Position numbers and translations under genes: made by a program
Virus record (IMG/VR): IMGVR_UViG_3300049983_000004
Coordinates: 1-34,037 of that record
Strand: one strand, 5' to 3'
From: a virus
Taxonomy: Duplodnaviria > Caudoviricetes
DNA: 34,037 nt
The notes under the pieces: generated by a model
Database searches by the model: none
The model's input: only the letters and a program-made list of their open reading frames with translations
What the model was told of the DNA's origin: nothing
Part shown: positions 17,223 through 26,952 of the stretch, in pieces
Numbering within the stretch: the first letter of the stretch is position 1
Layout of the letters: every line of letters starts with the position of its first letter

Positions 17223-17450
17223 TTATTTGGCCACCGGAACGGTGGCAGGTTTGGGGAAGTTAGCGATATTTTTGACCGCTTTATCAAAGGTAGTAGCGAA
17301 GTCTTCCTGATTGTTTCGAGCCTTATCGCTCAGGTTATCGGTATCCGCATCTAAGATCAGCGGCTGCTGGCGCAGGATCTCGGACAGCGAAGGCACCGTA
17401 GCCTTTCCGTTCCCCTGGCCGTTACCGTTAGTGGGTTTCTGTTCTGCCAT
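17223..17450 (-). CDS. Small hypothetical protein (75 aa)
   Basis: GGAGAG RBS before MAEQK; convergent with the GAF gene, with a hairpin between them. Confidence 0.55.
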   Translation of the reverse strand: MAEQKPTNGNGQGNGKATVPSLSEILRQQPLILDADTDNLSDKARNNQEDFATTFDKAVKNIANFPKPATVPVAK

Positions 17451-18127
17451 TTTGCTCTCCATAACTAGTCACCAAAATGAAATAATAAAACTACCTAAAA
17501 GGCTGCTGCACCACTTTTCAGTGTAAATAAGATGCAAAAATTATTCCAGACGGCTAATTTCTCGCCCGCCGGGGGCCATTATTCTCCGATTCGCGTGAAT
17601 AATAAAAATCTAACTCACCTGCCGGTAATACTTTGTACCGGATCTTCTAAATATGAACGTCTCTCAAAGAAATTTTTGCGAACCCAGAAAATTCCATACC
17701 AGTTATCAATACCCGGTCAATCTGATACGTCAGATACGTCAATATGACCGATTTGAATGCAAAGAGCAATCGACATAGGTAAAAAAAACCGGAGCGTATT
17801 TTAAAAAGTCTCCTCTCTTGGGTCAGTCAAAAACTTACTCCAGAAAAACGTTGCGTTGCCGAATTCTATACCAACAGGAAACAAAATTCAATACCTTTTA
17901 TTTCAAAAACCTTCTTAAAGAGATACGTCGTCTGATAATGAAATGTTCGGTTGTCATGGGATCATGCCGGACGGCGGTTGAAAGAATGCAGGCCTGAAAG
18001 ACCCACGGCGATTGTAATTCGGTTTGAGTGCGAACGCAAGAAAAAAGAGGTCACCGATAGCTCAATGACCCGTAATCTTTTCTTTTTATTCTGACTTTCG
18101 GTATTCTGTTTTTTGTATTCTAACGTG

Positions 18128-18202
18128 TGGTAGCGCATAGGGGAATTGAACCCCTGTTTCAAGGTTGAGAACCTTGCGTCCTAACCACTAGACGAATGCG
18201 CC
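18128..18202 (-). tRNA. tRNA-Glu (anticodon CTC)
   Basis: GGCGCATTCGTCTAGTGGTTAGGACG CAAGG-TTCTCAA-CCTTG AAAC AGGGG-TTCAATT-CCCCT ATGCGCTA CCA; complete cloverleaf with encoded CCA. Confidence 0.97.
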
Positions 18203-18620
18203 ATGGCTTGTGTAGAGTAAAAACTCTCACATATCTTACCAGATATTGAAAGATTTCAAAAAGCGGAGCATACTCTAAATTATTATGACCCCAAAAGGAT
18301 TTATTGCCGGTTGTTTCTTGTTGGGCGGGTTGCTTTTGACGCTCTATGGGATTAGGGCAAATCCCTACGTATTTGTCGTGGGCGTAGTAGCAACTCTTTA
18401 TGGTGGTATAACACTCTTTCGGATGCGCAAAAGAAAGATAGACGTTACGAAGTAACGACATTTTGGATTTTGGATTTTGGGTTTTGGATTCCGAAAGCTG
18501 GTCGCCTCGCTCCCGAATTTACTTCCTTTTTTGAAATCTCGCCTACCCGGGTTTCTTGTTTCTACCTTTGCTTTTGCAAATCCGAAATCCAAAATCTAAA
18601 ATCCCAAATCCCGGGATAGC

Positions 18621-18649
18621 TTGCTATTCCGGGCAAGACAGTCCATACT
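18621..18649 (+). promoter_or_regulatory. Candidate sigma-70 promoter of the RRM gene
   Basis: TTGCTA-17 nt-CATACT; implies a leader of about 215 nt. Confidence 0.5.
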
Positions 18650-18869
18650 AACCCAGTTAATCCTTCTCTTGCGTCAGAAATGACGCGCTCGTCAAAGACG
18701 GTTTTTGGATAAGTTTGAGAGCAGGCCCCGATAATAGTTACAGAAGTCGCTCTTGAATTTTTTGAGCATCCGAAACCCGAACCTTCGCAGCAGACCGTTT
18801 TTCTCCGAAGATAATCCGATTCGACGCTTCTTTTAGAAAATTCCCAATGGGAATAAGGTATTTAATTTT

Positions 18870-19202
18870 ATGTCAATGAAACTTTACGTAGGAAATCTTT
18901 CCTTCAACACAACACAAGCGGACCTCGAGAAGATCTTCGGCGAAGTCGGAACGGTTGATTCAACCAACATCATCACAGATCGTGAAACCGGCAACTCGCG
19001 CGGTTTTGCTTTTGTCGAAATGTCTTCGCAGGAAGAAGGCCAGAACGCGATCGCGCAGCTTGACGGCAAAGAGATCGACGGCCGCAATCTGAAGGTCAAT
19101 GAAGCTAAGCCCCAGGAAAAACGTGCCGGTGGCGGCGGTGGCTATGGCGGCGGCGGCGGCTACGGCGGCGGCGGCGGCGGAAGAAGCAACAAGCCCTGGT
19201 AA
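18870..19202 (+). CDS. RRM RNA-binding protein with Gly-rich tail
   Basis: RNP2 LYVGNL, RNP1 [16 protein letters not shown] and GGGGYGG tail. Confidence 0.97.
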   Translation: MSMKLYVGNLSFNTTQADLEKIFGEVGTVDSTNIITDRETGNSRGFAFVEMSSQEEGQNAIAQLDGKEIDGRNLKVNEAKPQEKRAGGGGGYGGGGGYGGGGGGRSNKPW

Positions 19203-19301
19203 GACAGAAGGCAGTAGACAGAATACAGTAGACAGAAGAGTTCGTTGAGTTCATTGAGGTTCTTCCTTCTGTATTCGATATTCTGTATTCTAAATAAATT
19301 T

Positions 19302-19337
19302 CCCGCCCGGTGCTTTGTTCACCTTGGGCGGGTTTTT
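19302..19337 (+). terminator. Intrinsic terminator of the RRM gene
   Basis: CCCGCCC...GGGCGGG followed by TTTTT. Confidence 0.75.
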
Positions 19338-19357
19338 ACATTTATTCCCGGTATTAT

Positions 19358-19795
19358 ATGACCCCCGAACAGATACGCAGCGAGTTTACACTGATCTTTA
19401 ACGAGGCGCTGGCCACGCTCGAGGAAGAGAGATTTTTCGAGGTCAGCTTTGCCGTCGGCGATGGGCTCGAGCGCTCGCGGTTTACGGCGCCCGGCGAGGC
19501 ATTCCGATCGTACGAAGCGCGGGTAGCGACGGGGAACAGGGACGTGGCGGTAAACGCCAAGACCGAGAAAATAGAATTCCGGGGGGCGAGCTACGCTCCT
19601 TTTCTACTGGCCCTTTTTAAGACCTCGCAGGGCGCGGCCCTCGAATGGCCGGTCCAAAAGGTGCGCGAATTTAACGAGCTGGTAATGACGTCATTGACCG
19701 CGATCTACCTGGAATCGCTGGACGACGCGGACGCCCAGGTAGCGATCGGGATCCGGGAGGAGTTGATTGAATCATTGAGCCATTTAGTGATTTAG
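19358..19795 (+). CDS. Hypothetical protein (145 aa)
   Basis: Coding-like ORF; start placed after the terminator. Confidence 0.65.
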   Translation: MTPEQIRSEFTLIFNEALATLEEERFFEVSFAVGDGLERSRFTAPGEAFRSYEARVATGNRDVAVNAKTEKIEFRGASYAPFLLALFKTSQGAALEWPVQKVREFNELVMTSLTAIYLESLDDADAQVAIGIREELIESLSHLVI

Positions 19796-19952
19796 TGATT
19801 GAGTCATTGAGGGATTTAGTGATTGAATCATTGAGTCATTGAGTCATTCTTGCAATCAGTCAATCAATCAATCAGTCAATCAATCAATCAATCGATCAAT
19901 CAGTCATTCTTGCAATCAATCAATCAATCAATGAGTCAATAAAAACATTGCT

Positions 19953-20333
19953 ATGGGACTACTAAAAAACCTATTCGGTTCGGGCAAGAAAGCGGCGGCG
20001 GTCAGTGAAACGGCGATGGGCGAGGACGCGGCATGGCAAGAATCTGCCGCCGCGCCGGCCGAGGCCGAGATACCGGCTGCTGCTCCGCCCGAGATAAATA
20101 TCGACGAGGCTGAGCGGCAGGCGCTCGTCAGGCTGGGACAATCGGCGAACGGGATTTCGGCCGAGGCGTTTGGGCAGGGCATGGACATGGAAAGCATGGC
20201 GGCGCTCTACCGCCTGGACAAGCTGGTCAAGCTCGGCCTGGTAAAACGAAGCCGCCCGATGTTTATGCAGCCGGAGGTATATGAATTAACGGAACGAGGG
20301 CGGGAGGAATTGAAGGATTTGGTGATTGAATGA
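19953..20333 (+). CDS. Hypothetical protein with C-terminal winged-helix-like domain
   Basis: MGLLKNLFG leader; LDKLVKLGLV...YELTERGREEL. Confidence 0.7.
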   Translation: MGLLKNLFGSGKKAAAVSETAMGEDAAWQESAAAPAEAEIPAAAPPEINIDEAERQALVRLGQSANGISAEAFGQGMDMESMAALYRLDKLVKLGLVKRSRPMFMQPEVYELTERGREELKDLVIE

Positions 20334-20422
20334 TTGATTGATTGACTGATTGATTGACTGATTGGAAGAATGACTCAGTGACTCAATCACCCGATCACTA
20401 AATCACCCAATCACCCAATCCC

Positions 20423-20899
20423 TTAATCTTCCCGCCTCTCAACCAACGTCCGGGTCGTATGCTCGGTTACGCTCGAGACGGTATCCCGGGCGGTCAGCGG
20501 CTGGCCCTCGTTGAGGCCCTTCATCACCACGTCGGGCAGGGGGCGGGTGTCGGCGGGCGGCGGTTCCCCCTTCTTTTCTTTCCTGGCGCCCCGCGTCCGG
20601 TGAAACAGCAGCCACAGCAAGCCTCCCTCCGAAACCAGCAGCAGCACAAAACTCATCAGCGCGATCGACATTACTACCTCGTCGCGAAAGTCGAGCTCTT
20701 TTTTCATCACGACCAGCAGGCCTATGATGATCCCGATACCTGCGATCGGGATGGCGAGGATCGCCGACACCAGCAGGTTGAACGACGATTCGGACATCTG
20801 CTCCGGGGCGCCGTCTTTCGCGCCGCCGATCCGCGCACCGCAGGTGTTGCAGTAGCTAAGGCCGGGATTTACGGTATTTCCACATGCTTGACAGAACAT
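20423..20899 (-). CDS. Zinc-ribbon two-TM membrane protein
   Basis: MFCQACG...YCNTCG, two TM helices and an SVTEHTTRTL tail. Confidence 0.85.
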   Translation of the reverse strand: MFCQACGNTVNPGLSYCNTCGARIGGAKDGAPEQMSESSFNLLVSAILAIPIAGIGIIIGLLVVMKKELDFRDEVVMSIALMSFVLLLVSEGGLLWLLFHRTRGARKEKKGEPPPADTRPLPDVVMKGLNEGQPLTARDTVSSVTEHTTRTLVERRED

Positions 20900-21112
20900 A
20901 AGAAGCAGTACGGTAGTTTAGTATTCAAAGTTCAAACTGAGAAGACAGAATACAGCATACAGAATATAGAATATAGAATAAAGAAGTCCTGGCTACGCCG
21001 TGCGAATGTGCGGAAGGGCTAAGCCTTTCCGCACATTCATGCGGCAAAGCCGCGAAGAACCCGTTGGCTAAAGCCAATAGCAATTTAAAGGGACCAAATC
21101 AAAGGTCAAAGA

Positions 21113-21580
21113 TCAAAGATCCTGCTTATCCTGTTTAAAGAATGCATTTGCCCGCTTCCCGAACGCCAGCCGGTATACCAGGAAACCCACGAGTCCGAAT
21201 AAAGCCAGGCCAATAGTGAGCGCGCCCAGGGATTCCGCCGGACTCCGGTACCGGCCAAATCTCGCAAAACTGTTCAGCACGCCCCCAACGAAGATCAGCG
21301 ATAAGCCTGCCACGGCAATCCAACGCCCATAACTCTTTCGCCTCACCAGCCCCTCTAAACCGATAATAAAAACGATCGTGAACACTATCGAACTGACGAT
21401 CGAGGCAATGGTCAGAATAGAGAGATCGCCCGGGCCAGACCTTGTCGCTATGTAATAAATGTTCAGTGCCCCGGCCAGACCCCAGATGGCCGCCAGGAGG
21501 CCCATTATCACTTGTGCGATCCAAACCGACGCAGGGCGTGTCGGTAGTTCGTGGTTAGTGGTCAGTGGTTCGTTGATCAT
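21113..21580 (-). CDS. Four-TM membrane protein
   Basis: RPASVWIA start, four hydrophobic helices and ANAFF end. Confidence 0.75.
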   Translation of the reverse strand: MINEPLTTNHELPTRPASVWIAQVIMGLLAAIWGLAGALNIYYIATRSGPGDLSILTIASIVSSIVFTIVFIIGLEGLVRRKSYGRWIAVAGLSLIFVGGVLNSFARFGRYRSPAESLGALTIGLALFGLVGFLVYRLAFGKRANAFFKQDKQDL

Positions 21581-21652
21581 AGTTCGTTGAGTTCCTTGAG
21601 TTCATTGAGTCAGTCGGATCTGCATTCTTTCTTCCAATCCAAAATCCAAAAT

Positions 21653-21922
21653 CTAAAATCCAAAATCCAGTTGCCTCTGCCGTCGGTTGTGGATCTCGAT
21701 CTCGACATAATCGATAAACGCCGTGTAGGCGATATCGCGCTCGGCCGGGCCGGCAAAGGCCGGGCTGCGGCCCAGTACGTGGTTCCGGGGATCGTGGACC
21801 CGGAAATAATATTCGTCCGACCGGGTCTTGAGCCTTTTGATAAAGATCGGGTAATCGGCCCGGCGCAGGATCAGCTCGAGCTCGGCGGGCAGGTCGGTGG
21901 TTATGTGGTCGGCCAAGGGCAT
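21653..21922 (-). CDS. Hypothetical protein, weakly YegP/DUF1508-like (89 aa), divergent from block 2
   Basis: YYFRVHDPRNHVLGRSPAF resembles the DUF1508 pattern (by eye). Confidence 0.55.
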   Translation of the reverse strand: MPLADHITTDLPAELELILRRADYPIFIKRLKTRSDEYYFRVHDPRNHVLGRSPAFAGPAERDIAYTAFIDYVEIEIHNRRQRQLDFGF

Positions 21923-22070
21923 TTCGGATTTCGGATTTGGGATTGCGGATTTGAGAAGGTATCCGGAATCTCAGATCTCAAAAGAAGCTTAGCGCAATGG
22001 CGCAAAGGGCGCAAAGAAGAAATTTTACACGGATAATTCGATTTGGGATTTGGGATTGCAGATTTGGATC

Positions 22071-22204
22071 TTTAAATTGCCGTCTGCTTTAGCTGACGGT
22101 TAGAGGTAGAGAAAATCTTCCGGCTTTAGCCGAACTGATTTGGGGCTAAAGCCCTGGAGTTTGTCAGGTCTCTAACCGTTGGCTAAAGCCAACGGCAATT
22201 TAAA
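22071..22204. mobile_element. 134-bp MITE/REPIN-like element (family C, long form)
   Basis: About 35-bp imperfect terminal inverted repeats TTTAAATTGCCGTCTGCTTTAGCTGACGGTTAGAG, with internal GGCTTTAGCC/GGCTAAAGCC. Confidence 0.75.
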
Positions 22205-22329
22205 GGAAGGAGCACCCCACTGCCATATTCTATTTACTGACCACTTTTCTCTTAAAAATCATCGAAATCCCACATACCTTAAAAACCGTCATTCAAAATA
22301 ATCGATTCAGCAGGTAATCTCATTCGTGT

Positions 22330-22860
22330 ATGAGCGCTAAGCCCCCGGCGAATCAGCCCGACACCAAACAACAAAATAATGACAGGAATTTGGCAGACGG
22401 CCAGGCGGCCCCCGCTGATACCAGCACTGCGCTGCTCTACACCGAAAGCGATCTCGCGGCGCGGGCCGAGGAATTGAAACGCGCAGGGACCGATGCTCTC
22501 CAGGCGGAAAACGAGGAACTCAAAAAGAGCCTGCGCCTGCGCGACGCCCGCGATGAGATCACCGCCGCGCTGAAAAAAGCCGGGGCGAGATCGCCCGAGC
22601 TGCTTTTTAACTCGGCGAAAGAATCGCTGCAGTTCGACACCGAGGGGCGCGTTGCTAACCCGGCCGCGCTGGTCGAGAGGCTCCAGGGCAAGTTTCCGGA
22701 ACAGTTCGGGTTCGAGACGCCGGCCGGGTCGATCGATGGCGGCGCCGGGAAAAACTCGGACACGAACTACCTGACAAAAGAAAAGCTGTCCAAAATGACC
22801 GCCGCCGAGATATCCAGGCTGGATTGGCAGGATGTGAGAAAAGTCCTGGCCGAAGGCTAA
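22330..22860 (+). CDS. Phage capsid scaffolding protein
   Basis: Coiled coil, P.LF-like motif then GSIDGGAG, C-terminal LSKMTAAEI; directly upstream of the capsid gene. Confidence 0.8.
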   Translation: MSAKPPANQPDTKQQNNDRNLADGQAAPADTSTALLYTESDLAARAEELKRAGTDALQAENEELKKSLRLRDARDEITAALKKAGARSPELLFNSAKESLQFDTEGRVANPAALVERLQGKFPEQFGFETPAGSIDGGAGKNSDTNYLTKEKLSKMTAAEISRLDWQDVRKVLAEG

Positions 22861-22864
22861 CCGA

Positions 22865-23260
22865 TTTCGGATTTGGGATTTCGGATTGCGGATTTGAAGT
22901 TGTCCCCCACGGGGACAAATATTAAAGCCCAGGGTCAGCGAGCGCTCGCGAGCGCCACCCTTGGTAGACGAGAAAAAACGGTCCCGACCCTGAAGGGGTC
23001 GAACAATATTGAAAGACAGACCACCACAGCCCCTTGGGCCACCCTCCTAACGTTGGGGGGAGCTTTTTGAACGCTACGCGTTCATGTGGGGGCGGGTCGC
23101 TCCCCACGACAGCCGCCGGGTCGGCGGCGCTACATTCTGAACGCTGCGCGTTCATTGCAAGCGAGACGCTTGCGCTCCAGTCAGCGCGTTGAGCCAAGGC
23201 CCACGCTCCAATCAAAATAACGATCTGTTAAGAGAGCCGGCAAGATGCCGGCGCTACACC
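22865..23260. repeat. Mosaic of heptamers and REP-like palindromes between scaffold and capsid genes
   Basis: GATTTCG repeats, GACCCTGAAGGGGTC, partial family B, half family A (23086-23133) and GCAAGCGAGACGCTTGC. Confidence 0.8.
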
Positions 23261-23271
23261 CAACAAAAATT

Positions 23272-24123
23272 ATGGCACTGAATTTTATACCTACCGTATG
23301 GGCGGCGAGATTGCTCGTTGCATTGGAAAAGGCCCTGGTTTACGCGCAGGACGGAACCGTCAACCGCGATTACGAGGGCGAGATAAAGGAATCGGGCAAC
23401 ACCGTTAAGATCGGCTCTATCGGCGAAGTGAACATCGGCGATTATGTTAAAGACACAAATATCTCCGACCCCCAGATACTTACCGACCAGGACCAGAGCC
23501 TGCTTATCGATCAATCGAAATATTTCAATTTCTATGTCGATAGCGTCGACCGCGCGCAGCAAAACGTAAACGTCATGGATGAAGCCATGCGCCGGGCTGC
23601 CTGGGCCCTTCGCGAAAAGGCCGATACGTACATCGCCGGGATCATGGATATAGCGGTGCCGGCGGGCAACAAGATCGGCTCCACCGCCACGCCGAAGATC
23701 CCGACCAAGGACGACGCCTATGAATACCTGGTCGACCTGGGCGTGCTGCTCGATGAAGCCGATACGCCGATCGACGGCCGTTTCGTGGTCGTGCCGGCAT
23801 GGTTCCATGGGCTGCTGTTAAAGGATGAGAGATTCGTGAAATCCGGAAGCTCGAGATCGGACGCGACCCTCGCCAACGGCGAAGTGGGCGAAGCGGGCGG
23901 CTTCAAGATCCTGAAATCCAACAACGTCCCCAACACCACGGGCACAAAGTACAAGATCATGGCCGGTCATTCGATCGCTACGGCCTACGCCGAGCAGATC
24001 GTCGACCTGCAAACGTACAAACCGGAAAAACGGTTCGGCGACGCGGTCAAGGGGCTTCATGTCTACGGCGCGAAGGTCGTGCGGCCGAATAGCTTGGCCG
24101 TGTTGATCGCGAATAAGAGCTAG
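23272..24123 (+). CDS. Major capsid protein (HK97 fold, P22-coat-like family, 283 aa)
   Basis: FIPTVWAARLL, VNRDYEGEI...GNTVKI, IDQSKYFNF.VD.VD, GF.I..SNNVP and DAVKGLHVYGAKVVRP motifs. Confidence 0.93.
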   Translation: MALNFIPTVWAARLLVALEKALVYAQDGTVNRDYEGEIKESGNTVKIGSIGEVNIGDYVKDTNISDPQILTDQDQSLLIDQSKYFNFYVDSVDRAQQNVNVMDEAMRRAAWALREKADTYIAGIMDIAVPAGNKIGSTATPKIPTKDDAYEYLVDLGVLLDEADTPIDGRFVVVPAWFHGLLLKDERFVKSGSSRSDATLANGEVGEAGGFKILKSNNVPNTTGTKYKIMAGHSIATAYAEQIVDLQTYKPEKRFGDAVKGLHVYGAKVVRPNSLAVLIANKS

Positions 24124-24253
24124 GTAATCGATCAATCCATAAACTTCCGGGCCTAACGGCCCGACCAAGTTCACCGGGGCGGAAAGGGAGAGGAATTTAG
24201 ACGCATAGAATATCGCCATTCCCACATAAGCCCCTGTGAGTAATTTACTAAAA

Positions 24254-24712
24254 ATGAGAGCTGAAATAATCAGTATTAGCAACGGCAGCCTGCAGGGCAG
24301 CAAGATATCGATGGTCCGGGGCGACACGCTCGAGATCATGCTGCGCGTGCTGCGCGACGATAATTCGCCGGTCCTGCTCAATCGGTTCGAGGGTTACGGC
24401 GGGACATCGAACGAGCGCAGCCCGGACACGGCAACTAACCATCGCCTCTCGATGGAGTTTACCGCGCCCTTAAAGGACGGCGGCGATATCCGTGTTTTCT
24501 ATCGCACGACCCAATCTGCCCGGCAGATCCTCTATGGCCCCACCGACGAATTGACCGTGCTTATCGATCAGAGGCTGACCCGCCGGCTGCCGGCGCCCAT
24601 GGCCCTGAATTTCGACATGCAGATCACGGAGTTCATCGGCGAAGGCCGCCGGATGAGCACTATCTACCAGGGCGTGCTGCAGGTCGATAAGGACATTACT
24701 TCAACGTACTAG
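24254..24712 (+). CDS. Virion-associated Ig-like protein (BppU N-terminal-like)
   Basis: I.MVRGDT start and FDMQI...T.YQG.L.V..DIT end pattern. Confidence 0.55.
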   Translation: MRAEIISISNGSLQGSKISMVRGDTLEIMLRVLRDDNSPVLLNRFEGYGGTSNERSPDTATNHRLSMEFTAPLKDGGDIRVFYRTTQSARQILYGPTDELTVLIDQRLTRRLPAPMALNFDMQITEFIGEGRRMSTIYQGVLQVDKDITSTY

Positions 24713-24811
24713 TTTATAGAGTTCATTGAGTTCATTGGGTGATTGAGTGATTGATTCAATCACTCATTCTTCCAATCTCTCAATGATTCAATGACTCAAT
24801 CACCAATTGAT

Positions 24812-25132
24812 ATGACTCCTATACAAAAGATCGGCCGGATGACGGCCTCCGATTCTGAACCGGCCCTGGCCGTCGAAGACCTCGAGCAGCTGCTCGCGGA
24901 CAGCGGGCGCCCGGATGCGGCCGGCCGGCCCCCGACCGACCTCAACTGGACGCCGACCTACGAACTCAATGCCGCGGCGGCCGAGGGCTGGCGCTGGAAA
25001 GCGGCCCGCGCCGGCGAACTGACCGCGGTGGACCTCGACGGCACGAAACTATCGGCCGAACAGATCTTCGAGCACTGCGAGCGAATGATCCAGGTATATT
25101 CACGGCGAATTAAAGCCACCGTCGATTTTTGA
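24812..25132 (+). CDS. Putative head-tail adaptor
   Basis: Size, position and the Y.LNAAAAEGWRWKA helix. Confidence 0.65.
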   Translation: MTPIQKIGRMTASDSEPALAVEDLEQLLADSGRPDAAGRPPTDLNWTPTYELNAAAAEGWRWKAARAGELTAVDLDGTKLSAEQIFEHCERMIQVYSRRIKATVDF

Positions 25133-25241
25133 TCTTAGATTGTAACGCCGCCGACCCGGCGGCTGTCCGGTGGGCGACCCGCCCACCGTGCGGAAGCGAG
25201 TCGCTTCCGCTACAGCCAGCGAGTCGCTCGCGGTACAAAAA

Positions 25242-25601
25242 ATGAAAGCCGAGACCTACCAAAACCTGACCACCGGCGCGCTCGACCGGCTCCGCATACA
25301 GATCTTCGGTGACGAATCGTTAAAACTGTTTCAGATCACACCGGAGACCGGCGAGGCCGAGGTGGCCGAGTTTACCGAAAACTGGGGAGGCCGGCGGCTC
25401 GTTGCCACAACCGATGCCGGACGCGCCGAGGCGGGCGCCTGGCAATTCCAGGTAAAGGCCGACGACGATTGGCAGACCTCGCAAACCTACATGTCGCAGG
25501 TGGTCGCACTTAGGGTGGGCGGCCGGCGATGGAAAGTGAAAAAGATCGAAACACCGGTCGGGAACGTGAGGGTGTGGAAATTGAAGGCGGAGGTGCAGTG
25601 A
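25242..25601 (+). CDS. Putative head closure protein
   Basis: Beta-rich 119 aa ending GGRRWKV...VWKLKAE; synteny. The N-terminal extension in the ORF track is family A repeat. Confidence 0.6.
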   Translation: MKAETYQNLTTGALDRLRIQIFGDESLKLFQITPETGEAEVAEFTENWGGRRLVATTDAGRAEAGAWQFQVKADDDWQTSQTYMSQVVALRVGGRRWKVKKIETPVGNVRVWKLKAEVQ

Positions 25602-25692
25602 GTGATTGACGGATTGACTGATTGAATCATTGATTCATTGAATCATTCTTCCAATCACTCAATCCCTCAACCACTCAATAACTCAATGACCA

Positions 25693-26070
25693 ATGCTTGA
25701 CATAAAAGTCGACAACAAAATTCCCGAGTTGTTCCAGAAGCTCGAAGCCGCGGTTTCCAGGTTCGTCCAAACCTCGGCCGCCGATCTGGGCGATGCGGCG
25801 CGGGCTGCGATGGGCGGGCCGCGATCGGGCCGCCTGTATGGTTCACACCAGGCGTCGGCCCCGGGCGAGCCGCCGGCCAGCCGGTCGGGCAAATACCTTT
25901 CCGGCATCGAGATACTGGAGGGCAGCAGCCTGGAGGCCAAGGTCGGCGCGAGTGTTTCTTACGCCCCGATCCTCGAATACGGGCTTAACCGGCCGCTGTG
26001 GAGCAAGGTCCTGACCGAGGCGCTGCCGACGCTCGAGACAAAGCTCGCCGATGAGATCGCTGGACTATGA
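25693..26070 (+). CDS. HK97 gp10-like neck/tail-completion protein
   Basis: HQASAPGEPPA..SG, YAPILEYG and RP motifs. Confidence 0.8.
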   Translation: MLDIKVDNKIPELFQKLEAAVSRFVQTSAADLGDAARAAMGGPRSGRLYGSHQASAPGEPPASRSGKYLSGIEILEGSSLEAKVGASVSYAPILEYGLNRPLWSKVLTEALPTLETKLADEIAGL

Positions 26071-26255
26071 AGGGAAATAATGAGCGCCGCAGGGAAATGA
26101 GCTGCACGCGGAAACGGGCTTTTCAAACCGAGAATTATGCTGCGATGTACCTTGAAAATGTATTAAAACGCGCGGGCGAAATGGATGTTTACCGCTGCGG
26201 ATTCTGTAAAGAGTTTCATCTGGGCCACGGCCGTAGACTTGAGAAGAGGAGATGA
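26067..26255 (+). CDS. Small Zn-finger-like phage protein
   Basis: C..K..F...YRCGFCKEFHLGH; ATGA overlap with the upstream gene. Confidence 0.6.
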   Translation: MKGNNERRREMSCTRKRAFQTENYAAMYLENVLKRAGEMDVYRCGFCKEFHLGHGRRLEKRR

Positions 26256-26382
26256 TTCGATTTTGGATTTTAGATTTTGGATTTTGGATTGGAAGAAAGA
26301 AGACCGGAATCCGGTGTTACAAATGGGTATCAACTACCGCACCAGTACGAAATCCAAAATCTAAAATCCAAAATGGATATAT

Positions 26383-26832
26383 ATGGATAAACAGATACGT
26401 TTAGCGCTAAAACTGATCATCGCCACCCTCTACCCCGAGGCGCGGGTGTTTGCCTGGAATGCGCTCTCGCACGATCTGGGCGAATGGGCCGGTATGTTTC
26501 GCGGTGCCTCGGGCGGCACTCACGGCTGGATCATAAAGCGCTCCGGCGCCAGGGCCGAATGGAAAAACGGCCGCCGCGACCGCAAGACCGCCATCTACGA
26601 TGTGTGGGGATTCTACGCCTTTAACGCCGGTAACGAGGAAGCGAATTCCGATAACGAGTTTGCGGAGATCCTCGACGCCGTGTACGAGGCCGTAAAGATG
26701 AGCCCGACCCTTGAGCTATCGAGCGTCGAGGGCCACTCACTTCTGCAGATCGCCGCCAACACGACGATCGATACCGGCGAGGAGACCCTGCATTTTGCCC
26801 AGGGCAGATTAGAGGTAAAACTGTGCTGTTAG
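26383..26832 (+). CDS. Putative tail terminator protein
   Basis: 149 aa, immediately before the tail tube gene. Confidence 0.6.
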   Translation: MDKQIRLALKLIIATLYPEARVFAWNALSHDLGEWAGMFRGASGGTHGWIIKRSGARAEWKNGRRDRKTAIYDVWGFYAFNAGNEEANSDNEFAEILDAVYEAVKMSPTLELSSVEGHSLLQIAANTTIDTGEETLHFAQGRLEVKLCC

Positions 26833-26952
26833 CACAGGGTCCAAGGTCCCAGGTCCAAAGTCCAAAGTCGGATGACGGATGCCCGGTCTTGACCTTGGAC
26901 ATTGGACTTTGGACTAACTTTAAACCCTTGAATTTTAACGAACTGAAAAACT

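Noticed and set aside
18128-18202. tRNA-Glu as the prophage attachment site
   Set aside because: It lies between the two phage blocks rather than at an edge; I found no duplicate of its 3' end and no integrase in the window.
21653-21680. C-terminal QLDF as a beta-clamp-binding motif
   Set aside because: These codons come from the TTTTGGA heptamer array, so the match is probably coincidental.
2745-22308. Shared ATCGATTC motif upstream of both blocks (2745-2752, 22301-22308)
   Set aside because: An 8-bp match with no further shared context is too weak to call an operator.
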